Shown piece after piece: positions 56,804 to 64,000 of a DNA stretch of 64,000 bases. This DNA is from a virus. Where the stretch lies: the IMG/VR virus record IMGVR_UViG_3300027965_000004, positions 7,847 through 71,846 of that record. The stretch is one strand, 5' to 3'. The notes beneath the pieces were generated by a model that was not told the DNA's origin, made no database searches, and was given only the letters and a program-made list of their open reading frames with translations. Every line of letters starts with the position of its first letter. Position 1 is the first letter of the stretch. The translations under genes were made by a program, and so were the position numbers.

Positions 56804-57109
56804 ATGAACAAGGTTGGAAGAACGATGCCTCAAGGTTTGGTGGAAGTGGCCTATGGTGAGTATCCGGAACCGGCCGGCGGCTGGAAGGAGGGCGGGGGTT
56901 ACGCCTATTGGAATGGCCTGGGGGTGGAACTCGGCCTCGGGGATGTGGTGCTGGTTCCCGGCACCATTGTCCACCCCAACCCACAACCAGCCACGGTGGT
57001 ACGAACGAGTTCCGACTACACCGGCCCGACGAAGTGCATCCTTTATCTGCTGAAAAAACGGAGCAAGCCGAAAAGGCGAAAGTCCAAAGCGACAACGGGA
57101 GCGAGCTGA
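56804..57109 (+). CDS. hypothetical protein
   Basis: YAY...LGLGDVVLVP. Confidence 0.6.
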   Translation: MNKVGRTMPQGLVEVAYGEYPEPAGGWKEGGGYAYWNGLGVELGLGDVVLVPGTIVHPNPQPATVVRTSSDYTGPTKCILYLLKKRSKPKRRKSKATTGAS

Positions 57110-57202
57110 TACAACCCTACCGTGAAGCCGGCTCGGTGCCGGCGGACCGGGCCGGGCCCCCGGACCCCCCGGGGTGCCCGGTTGTTCGAAGGAGAATATT
57201 CT

Positions 57203-57400
57203 GTGGATAACTGCATGGTCGAGATTCACAGTACCGAGATGAGGCGACTGGTCGCCTCCATGTACCTCGCCGGCCTAGCCGCCGCGCACGGTAACGCCGT
57301 CGGACTGGACGGCCTGCGCCAGCGCGTCGAGGAGTCGGTCGAGGCGGCCGACCTGCTCTTGGCGGAGCTGGCCAAGCCGCGGAAGGCGGCGGGAACATGA
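57203..57400 (+). CDS. hypothetical protein
   Basis: AAGGAG RBS; AADLLLAELAK. Confidence 0.55.
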   Translation: MDNCMVEIHSTEMRRLVASMYLAGLAAAHGNAVGLDGLRQRVEESVEAADLLLAELAKPRKAAGT

Positions 57401-57822
57401 GCACCACGGTCAACGTCACTGAAGCGGACATCCGGGCCGGCCTCGTGGGCGATTGCTACAACTGCGCGGTGGCCCTGGCGGTCCAGAGGGCCACGGGCGA
57501 GCGCGAATCCCGGATTGTCGAGATCGACTATAAGACTAAGCTGATAGTCGGCCCCTTTTACCTCGACGCGCCCTGGGAGGTTGCCCGATTCGTGTGGGAG
57601 TTTGATAGCCTGGACCATGACGAGGACGGGCACCCGATTCTGCCGGATGACCTGGCGGGCGCGGTCCTTGCCCCGTTCTTCTTTGAGTTGCCGGACCACG
57701 GCTCCCCGGAGTGGGAAGAATCGTGCTACGGCTGTGAGCAGCTATTCGCCCCGGACGAACTGGACGGAGAGGGGTATTGCGAGGAATGCCTGCGCAAGTG
57801 GGAGGAGGTCGCCAATGGCTGA
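57397..57822 (+). CDS. hypothetical protein
   Basis: ATGA coupled; CAVALA motif. Confidence 0.65.
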   Translation: MSTTVNVTEADIRAGLVGDCYNCAVALAVQRATGERESRIVEIDYKTKLIVGPFYLDAPWEVARFVWEFDSLDHDEDGHPILPDDLAGAVLAPFFFELPDHGSPEWEESCYGCEQLFAPDELDGEGYCEECLRKWEEVANG

Positions 57823-58213
57823 GCATACCCGCGGACCGTGGGAATTTTGCCCCGGCGATTCCGGTGATGCGAGCGTCGGCATTAGTCCGGCGCCAGCCAC
57901 CATTACCGCCCGTGTCGAGGATACTGACGAGGAGGTCGAGGTCGCCCGGGTGGTTGAGCCGGTCTACCGGGTGCAGATCGACCCGGCAAACGAGTTCGAC
58001 GAGGGGTTGCGGTGGGTCGGCAGCCTGGAAGCGAATGGCCGGCTCATCGCGGCCGCGCCGGAGTTATACCGCTTGCTGAAGCTGCTGGCATATCACTTCC
58101 CGTTGGACGCGATCAGCCTGCGCGATCCCAGGCACGAGGTCCTCCGGAGGGCGGTGGACGACGCCAGCCGTGTGTTGGATCGCGTCGAGGGAAGGGAGAC
58201 ACCCCATGAGTAA
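57815..58213 (+). CDS. conserved phage protein
   Basis: HTRGPW...ANGRLIAAAPEL. Confidence 0.75.
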   Translation: MAEHTRGPWEFCPGDSGDASVGISPAPATITARVEDTDEEVEVARVVEPVYRVQIDPANEFDEGLRWVGSLEANGRLIAAAPELYRLLKLLAYHFPLDAISLRDPRHEVLRRAVDDASRVLDRVEGRETPHE

Positions 58214-58529
58214 GTGTATCTTTTGCCGCGGCACGGGCCGGCTGGACCGCGGCGAACCGCCCGCCGCGGCGGTGGACGATCTGTTCCGCCACGCCGAGGC
58301 CCTGCGCGGCCGGACCGACCTGGAGCTGGCCGCGTCGTTGGAATCGCTCGGGGAGCAGCTGCTCCCCCTGGGGGCGCCGGCGATCCTGGTGGCCGAGGCG
58401 TCCGACCGGCTACGGCGGGCGCACGGGCCGGCGCGGGGGCAGGCGGAATACTGCCTGCGGTGCGGCGCGGAACTGCCCGACGGCTACCTGGGCGTGGTGT
58501 GTAGTCCGTGCCTGGACGACGGGAGGTAA
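58206..58529 (+). CDS. hypothetical Zn-finger protein
   Basis: CIFCRGTG; CLRCG..CSPC. Confidence 0.55.
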   Translation: MSKCIFCRGTGRLDRGEPPAAAVDDLFRHAEALRGRTDLELAASLESLGEQLLPLGAPAILVAEASDRLRRAHGPARGQAEYCLRCGAELPDGYLGVVCSPCLDDGR

Positions 58530-58531
58530 AC

Positions 58532-58885
58532 ATGACCCAAGACTGGTCGATGGAGCCCTGGCACCTGGCGGACGGGGTGTCCGGCCGGCGGGATACGGTG
58601 GTGGACTGCCAGGCCCGCGTCGTGGCGGTGTGCGCCGGCCCCCGGGGCGAGGCGGACGCGGCCCGGATCGTGGCCTGCGTCAACGCCGTCGCGGACATCC
58701 CCACGGGGCAGCTCGAAAACGGGCCACTCCTCCGGGCGGCCCAGGACCTGCACGCAGCCCTGCGCCAGGCGCTGCGCGTCAATGACCCGGTCTGGCGGGC
58801 GGACTGCACGCCGGAGATGTTAGCCTGGCGCGCGCAGGCGATGGCGGCGCTCGCCCGGGCCGAAGGTGGTGAGCCATGCCGCTGA
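58532..58885 (+). CDS. conserved phage protein
   Basis: EPW...DAARIVACVNA. Confidence 0.7.
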   Translation: MTQDWSMEPWHLADGVSGRRDTVVDCQARVVAVCAGPRGEADAARIVACVNAVADIPTGQLENGPLLRAAQDLHAALRQALRVNDPVWRADCTPEMLAWRAQAMAALARAEGGEPCR

Positions 58886-59100
58886 TCCCGATGCAGGTCT
58901 ATGGCGCCGAGTGCGACCGCTGCCACGCCACGGTGGGCGGCCACCCCGACCGGGCGGTGTACGAGGAGCAGCTGGCCCAGGTGGGCTGGCGGGCGCTGTC
59001 GGCGGGGCTGTACCTGTGCCCGGCGTGCGCCGCGGCGGTCGCCGACCCCCAGGAGTGGGCCGCGGTCAAGATCGCGTGCCGGAGGAGGTCCTTCGGATGA
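58876..59100 (+). CDS. small Zn-finger protein
   Basis: CDRC...GW...CPAC. Confidence 0.6.
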   Translation: MPLIPMQVYGAECDRCHATVGGHPDRAVYEEQLAQVGWRALSAGLYLCPACAAAVADPQEWAAVKIACRRRSFG

Positions 59101-59510
59101 ACCCGTCCGCCATGCCCCGGCTGCCGGAGCAACCGGAGACGCTGGAGTCGATGCAGGCCCGCTTCCGTATGGCGCTCAGCCCCGTGGTGGACGTGGACAA
59201 ATGCGCCACCGACCCGGCGCACGCCTACTTCCCGTCGAAGTACCGGCGGCACGTCTTCGACAGTGCCGCGGGTATCCGGCTCATCATCAGCCGGGACCGC
59301 TTGGCGGACGGGGAGGAGTACGTCCACGTCAGCATCAGCTGTACCGGGGAGGCGGCGCGGCGCTTCGGGAACGCGGACGCCTTCCTGGCGGCGGCCTGTT
59401 GCCTGTGGCGGGCGCTGTCGGGGATCAGGGAGCCGCCCGTCCGGGAGTACCTGAGCCCGAAGAAGGTGGTGCATTTTTGGTTCCGGCCGGAGAGCGTCTT
59501 TCCCCGGTGA
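59097..59510 (+). CDS. hypothetical protein
   Basis: ATGA coupled; YVHVSIS. Confidence 0.6.
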   Translation: MNPSAMPRLPEQPETLESMQARFRMALSPVVDVDKCATDPAHAYFPSKYRRHVFDSAAGIRLIISRDRLADGEEYVHVSISCTGEAARRFGNADAFLAAACCLWRALSGIREPPVREYLSPKKVVHFWFRPESVFPR

Positions 59511-59549
59511 GGTGACACGAAGGCGAACGGCAACAACCAAGGAGCGATC

Positions 59550-59813
59550 ATGAACCATCTGCCGAAGATGCTGTACTCCCTGGACGAACTCACCATCGTG
59601 CTCGGCCTGCCCAGGCGGACCGTCTGGCAACTGGTCCGCAAGGGCGAGATGCCGGCACCGCTGACGCTGGGCAACGTCCAGCGCTGGCGGGCCAAGGACA
59701 TCAACAACTGGATCGACGGCCTGAGCGCCGCGCCGGTCGGTGACGCGCCCGGGGAAGGCCAAGCGCCGGAACCGGAAGCGGCCGCCGAAGTCGCGGCGCC
59801 AAGCGGGCTCTAG
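59550..59813 (+). CDS. AlpA/excisionase-like HTH protein
   Basis: LGLPRRTVWQLVRKGEMPAP...RWRAKDI. Confidence 0.8.
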   Translation: MNHLPKMLYSLDELTIVLGLPRRTVWQLVRKGEMPAPLTLGNVQRWRAKDINNWIDGLSAAPVGDAPGEGQAPEPEAAAEVAAPSGL

Positions 59814-59879
59814 GAAGAATCAACCGCACGGACGTGCTGCACCGGGCAACCCAGCCTGCCACCGTCATAAGGTGGGAGA

Positions 59880-60140
59880 ATGCAGCGCACGATTTATGGC
59901 CCAGACAAGGAATGGCTCTCGGATGTCGAAGCCGCGGCGTTCCTCAACATCCGGGTGGAACTGTTCAACCACCTGGTCAAGCAGGGGGCCATCCCCCGCG
60001 GGACGCCGTTCGGCCACAAGATCCGCCGGTGGCCCTGGGAGAAGATCTACGCCACGGGCGTGCTCCTGGAGCACATGGCGGGGCTGCCGGAGACCAAACC
60101 GCGCCGTTCCAAGGGCCAAAAGCCCGCGGAGGGCACTTGA
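59880..60140 (+). CDS. excisionase-like HTH protein
   Basis: WLSDVEAAAFLNI...LVKQGAIP...RRW. Confidence 0.7.
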   Translation: MQRTIYGPDKEWLSDVEAAAFLNIRVELFNHLVKQGAIPRGTPFGHKIRRWPWEKIYATGVLLEHMAGLPETKPRRSKGQKPAEGT

Positions 60141-60142
60141 GA

Positions 60143-60200
60143 TTTTGGGGCGCCATGACCATGTTTTGGGGCGCCATGACCATGTTTTGGGGCGCCATGA
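60143..60200 (+). repeat. 21-bp tandem repeat, ~2.8 copies (TTTTGGGGCGCCATGACCATG)
   Basis: direct reading; inverted GGTCATGG follows. Confidence 0.9.
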
Positions 60201-60402
60201 GGGGGTCATGGGGATTTGGTGATTGCAACCCCGGCAAACCGGGGTAGGATCGGAAAATAGCTAGTTCGCGTGGCGCGCACGACCCGCCGGGGGCGTGGAG
60301 GCTACCCCGGCACGTCCGTGGTGCGCGCGGACGGACGGCGTTCGGGTGCCCCGGGGCGGTCCCGGGGCCAGATCGGTGGCGGCGAGCGGAAGGAGGTCGG
60401 TC

Positions 60403-61008
60403 ATGAACAGCGTGCCGGCGGCCGGGATGCAACCCTCAAGTCACTCCGTCGGGCCTACTGGCCCGGCCGCCGGCATCGGGGTCCCTGGGGGCGGCTTGGC
60501 GAGGTCAAGCGCCGTCCCCGCCGTCGCGCTGGCGGACCGGGTTCGTGGCCCGGGGGGACCACTGGCGGGGGAGCCGCTGGAGGCGTGGCGCCGGGTCTGG
60601 CGGATCGGCTTCGCCCCCCACCTGGGGCTGCCCCAGCTGGAGTCGCTCCGCGACGGCCTGGCCGCCGACGCCCCGGGGCTGATCCAGGGCGAGACGGCCC
60701 GCGGCGCGTGGGGCACGCACGACCGCGCCGAGGCCTGCGCCTGTGCCTGCGCCCTGGGCTACGCCCTCTGGCGGGGCGATGGTCTGGAGACGGTCGGCGA
60801 GGTCCTGGACGCCTTCGCCGCGCTGTGCGGCCTGGCCGACCGGGCGCTGGGCGGCCGGGTGGCGTGCGCCCCCTTCCTGGAATGGTTCGACGACAGCCCG
60901 CGGGAGGAGGTCCGCCGGCAGCTGCTACCCGAGGTCGAACGGGCGCTCGCGCTCAAGCGTGAGGCGCTGCGCCTGGCCCGGCGCGTGCCGCCGGGGACGG
61001 AGGCGTGA
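60403..61008 (+). CDS. hypothetical protein
   Basis: AAGGAGG RBS; WRRVWR.G.AP...LIQG.T. Confidence 0.65.
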   Translation: MNSVPAAGMQPSSHSVGPTGPAAGIGVPGGGLARSSAVPAVALADRVRGPGGPLAGEPLEAWRRVWRIGFAPHLGLPQLESLRDGLAADAPGLIQGETARGAWGTHDRAEACACACALGYALWRGDGLETVGEVLDAFAALCGLADRALGGRVACAPFLEWFDDSPREEVRRQLLPEVERALALKREALRLARRVPPGTEA

Positions 61009-61011
61009 AGC

Positions 61012-61416
61012 ATGGTCCGGGGCGGCGTCATCACCGGGGAGGAACTGGCCGCGGCCAGGCGGCGGGCCAAGCTGTCGCCGGGCGAACTCTCCCGGCTCGC
61101 GTGCGTGTGGCCCGTCTCCATCGAGATGATGGAGGCCGGCTACTGGCCGGTGACACCGGGCGTCTACCGGAAGCTGGCCTCGCCCCTGGGTCTGCCGCCC
61201 CTGGCTGACGAGGACCCGGACGGGCCGGCACCAACGCCCGCGGCGCTGGCCGACGCGCGGGCGCAGTGGGCGCGGGCCTACCGGACGCTGCAATACCGGC
61301 AGCGCCGCGGCCAGAACACGGCGGCGGCCTGGCGCGACCTGGATTACTGGACCGCGGAGGTCCGGCGGCTGGAAGCAACGGTAGCCAAGGAGGGTCAAGG
61401 GCAATGTGGAGCGTAA
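61012..61416 (+). CDS. XRE-like HTH protein
   Basis: LAAARRRAKLSPGELSRLA...IEMMEAG. Confidence 0.7.
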   Translation: MVRGGVITGEELAAARRRAKLSPGELSRLACVWPVSIEMMEAGYWPVTPGVYRKLASPLGLPPLADEDPDGPAPTPAALADARAQWARAYRTLQYRQRRGQNTAAAWRDLDYWTAEVRRLEATVAKEGQGQCGA

Positions 61417-61635
61417 TGGACATGATTCCGTGGTGGGGATTTCTGACGGGGCTGGCGCAGGCGCTGGGATTACAGCTCGGCCGGCGCCTGTGGGCGAAGC
61501 TCACGCAGACCGGGGCGGCGCGCGGCCGGGAACGCACGGAGCCGTTCGCCTGCCCCGGCTGTGGGTCTTGGGCCTGGCGGTGCGAGTGCGGGGGATCGGG
61601 CTGATGAACGGCAACCATTTTCGGGGAGCACAGAC

Positions 61636-62781
61636 ATGAGTAACGGGAACGGGACACCCAACCTGCCGGCGCTCGCGGAGCCGCCGGCCAAGACGCCGAT
61701 GGCGGTGGGCAGCCGCGGCATCGTGATCTCCAGCCTGTCCGACCTGTGGCGCTTCGCCGAGGCGGTGGCGCAGTCGGGGCTGGCGCCCAAGGGGATGGAG
61801 CGGCCCCAGGCGATCCTGGTCGCCATCCAGATGGGCCTGGAACTGGGGCTCTCGCCGATGGCGGCCCTGCAAAATATCGCCGTGGTCAACGGCCGGCCCG
61901 GCGTCTTCGGCGACGCGGCGAAGGCCCTGGTCGAGGACTCAGGGCTCCTGGAGGAGATCAGCGAGCGGCCCGGCCGCTGGTGCGACGACTGCGAGCGCGA
62001 GGCCGACCCTTCGGGCCACTGCCCCCTGTGCAAACAGGACCTGCGCGCCGCCGACTTCCGCGGCTACGTCTGCACGACCAAGCGGCGCGGCCGCCGGCAC
62101 CCGGTCACGACCGGCTTCAACGTCCGCCAGGCCAAGCGCGCCAACCTCTGGGGCAAGGCGGGGCCGTGGACGCAGTACCCCAACCGGATGCTCATGTTCC
62201 GGGCGCGGGGCTTCAACCTGCGCGACAACTTCCCCGACGTGCTCAAGGGGTTCCGGACCTACGAGGAGCTGCGCGACTACGACGACGCCCGGCGCCAGCG
62301 CCACATCCAGCCACCCGCCGCGGCGCCGTTGCCGCCGCCGGAGGCGCCCGCCGAGACGCCCGCGGAACCGGCCCCGGGCCCCGCAGCGGAGGCGCCGAAC
62401 ACGGGGCCGGCGGGGGCCTCGGCCGCCGCCGACGAGTCGCCACCCGAGACGCCGGCCGGCGGTTCCGGTTTCTTCCCGGAGCCGGAGCAGGAACCGGTGC
62501 CCCCGGAACCGGCCCCGGGCCCGCCCCTGACGGCGGACGATCAGCAGTTCGCCCACGACTCATCCGAGACGCGGAACGCGATTCTGGCCGAGGGGCAGAA
62601 GTTCCTCGATTACCCCGTCACCGACAAGCTGCGCCTGGAGGCGGTCGCCTTCCGGGAGCGGGCCATCGATGCCAACGCCGAGGCCCTGACCCTGCACGAC
62701 GAGCAGGACGTGCGCAACTTCTGGCACCGGGTCGAGGCCCGGCTGGGCCTCGGCAAGCCGGCCAAGGCGAAGAAGGGGTGA
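61636..62781 (+). CDS. RecT-family single-strand annealing protein
   Basis: GLELGLSPMAALQNIAVVNGRP, AKRANLWGKAGPWTQYPNRML..RA, FPDVLKG. Confidence 0.88.
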   Translation: MSNGNGTPNLPALAEPPAKTPMAVGSRGIVISSLSDLWRFAEAVAQSGLAPKGMERPQAILVAIQMGLELGLSPMAALQNIAVVNGRPGVFGDAAKALVEDSGLLEEISERPGRWCDDCEREADPSGHCPLCKQDLRAADFRGYVCTTKRRGRRHPVTTGFNVRQAKRANLWGKAGPWTQYPNRMLMFRARGFNLRDNFPDVLKGFRTYEELRDYDDARRQRHIQPPAAAPLPPPEAPAETPAEPAPGPAAEAPNTGPAGASAAADESPPETPAGGSGFFPEPEQEPVPPEPAPGPPLTADDQQFAHDSSETRNAILAEGQKFLDYPVTDKLRLEAVAFRERAIDANAEALTLHDEQDVRNFWHRVEARLGLGKPAKAKKG

Positions 62782-62786
62782 GCCCC

Positions 62787-63200
62787 ATGCCGAAGCAGAA
62801 ACCGCGCGAGAACCGCAAACGGCGCCGTTGCCGGCGCCGGCGGGAGGAGGCCCGGCTGGAGCGGAAGCGCCAGGCCGAGGCGCTCGAGGCCGAACTGTCG
62901 GAATGCTGGCTGTGCGACTGCGGCCAGTACATCGAGGACGGCTGTCACTGCCCCCATTGTGGCGCGGAGCCGCCGTGGGGTTGTCCCTGCGACTGGTGTC
63001 AGGGGGAGCGCTACGAGGAGCCGGACGACTATGAGCCCGACTTCGGTGACGAGGATTACTTCAGCGAGCCGGTGGGCTCCTGCGAATGGTGCGGCGTCAA
63101 CCTGTACCCCGACGATGACCCGGACCTGTGCGACCAATGCGCCTGGCACGCCGCCCAGGCCGGGGGCTCCGAGGGGGACGGCATTCAGCCGGTGACGTGA
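62787..63200 (+). CDS. Cys-rich acidic protein
   Basis: multiple CxxC. Confidence 0.6.
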   Translation: MPKQKPRENRKRRRCRRRREEARLERKRQAEALEAELSECWLCDCGQYIEDGCHCPHCGAEPPWGCPCDWCQGERYEEPDDYEPDFGDEDYFSEPVGSCEWCGVNLYPDDDPDLCDQCAWHAAQAGGSEGDGIQPVT

Positions 63201-63206
63201 GACCAA

Positions 63207-63386
63207 GGCGGCAAGCCGTGGTCGGTTCATTCGGAACCAGGTGTGTGGCGCGCTGTCATAGCGGGACGGATTGGGAAATGGAATATTTTTCACGACCATC
63301 ATCTGACCTCAATCACTGGAACCATTTTCCCCGGATACTCCCGCCCGGCGAATGCCTCCTGGCTTAAAGGCCACCACGGCTCCGCC
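63207..63386 (+). ncRNA. candidate 180-nt rod-shaped structured RNA
   Basis: nested complementary segments across the intergenic gap. Confidence 0.4.
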
Positions 63387-63406
63387 CTGACTTTTGAGGA
63401 CGTGCC

Positions 63407-63724
63407 ATGAACCTGATCGACCAGATGGAAGACATCACCGCCCGCAAGCACGGCGGCAACGCGCAGAGTGACGCCGCCTTCGAACGCCTCAAGCCGGTGC
63501 TGTCGCGCCGGCGACGGGAGGTCCTCGACGCGATCACGCGCCGGGGCCTGGAGGGTGCGGTTGCGAAGGAGATTGCGACAGAGTTGGGGCTGGAACTGCA
63601 CAAGGTATCGGGTCGGTGTAGTGAACTCAAGGCCCTGGGCCTGATCGCTGACAGCGGCCGGCGCCGCGATGGAGCGGCGGTGCTGGTGGCATTAGGGGTA
63701 TTACTGGGAAATTCGGGAGACTGA
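63407..63724 (+). CDS. winged-helix DNA-binding protein
   Basis: EIATELG...VSGRCSELKALGLIADSG. Confidence 0.75.
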   Translation: MNLIDQMEDITARKHGGNAQSDAAFERLKPVLSRRRREVLDAITRRGLEGAVAKEIATELGLELHKVSGRCSELKALGLIADSGRRRDGAAVLVALGVLLGNSGD

Positions 63725-63728
63725 ATCC

Positions 63729-64000
63729 GTGGAAATCGAATGCTACACGCAGGCCGACCTTGAGGCCGCGACGGCGGCCGGCCACTTGCCCGTCCTCATG
63801 GGGAACGGTCGGTTTGATCTCACCAAAATAAAGACTGTCGCGGTCAAGGGGAACCCACGCCTCGTGGCGTGGGGGTCGAGCCAGCCCCATGTCGTGGCGT
63901 GGGAATCGAGCCAGCCCCATGTCGTGGCGCGGGAATCGAGCCAGCCCCATGTCGAGGCGTGGGAATCGAGCCAGCCCCATGTCGTGGCGTGGGGGTCGAG
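63729..64000 (+). CDS. decapeptide-repeat protein (VVAWESSQPH)n, truncated by window
   Basis: 30-bp tandem repeat from ~63863; GGGAG RBS plus GTG. Confidence 0.75.
   Translation, partial: MEIECYTQADLEAATAAGHLPVLMGNGRFDLTKIKTVAVKGNPRLVAWGSSQPHVVAWESSQPHVVARESSQPHVEAWESSQPHVVAWGS

Noticed and set aside
60143-60200. mini-CRISPR
   Set aside because: Tandem copies with no spacers.
63627-63980. minus-strand ORF (MGLARFPRHD)n
   Set aside because: Shadow of the plus-strand repeat gene, which has an RBS and matches operon direction.

Overview
The whole window is a high-GC temperate siphovirus-like phage genome segment with no host housekeeping genes. The host is most likely a planctomycete (Gemmataceae-like), judged from a DUF1580 protein, the integrase type, an 'MIRFRCP' Zn-ribbon membrane protein and a planctomycete-style prepilin. 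Order: DNA methylases and accessory genes (1-7.6 kb); terminase, Mu-like portal, MuF, protease/scaffold and capsid (7.7-22.4 kb); neck and non-contractile tail (22.5-37.5 kb); two antisense morons; lysis cassette; sigma factor; polysaccharide-lyase-like gene; a repeat-punctuated array of small ORFs (49.4-52.8 kb); probable attP plus integrase; immunity switch; early genes with RecT. Most notable: (1) a head-cargo module in which the portal appears joined by a +1 frameshift (CCC-TTT-CGC) to a MuF protein with a PD-(D/E)XK nuclease tail, followed by a candidate immunity-C39 peptidase, with recurring [F/Y/H]-[A/S]-E and FCGG..KPGPCP motifs at domain junctions; (2) a cassette-like array of small ORFs with seven conserved hairpin+RBS repeats, behind a strong operator-containing promoter next to attP; (3) a four-copy promoter motif GCTCAACCGC-N15-TAnnnT in a phage with its own sigma factor; (4) protospacer-sized patches of atypical codon usage in core genes. 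Family assignments come from motif recognition by eye; no searches were run.
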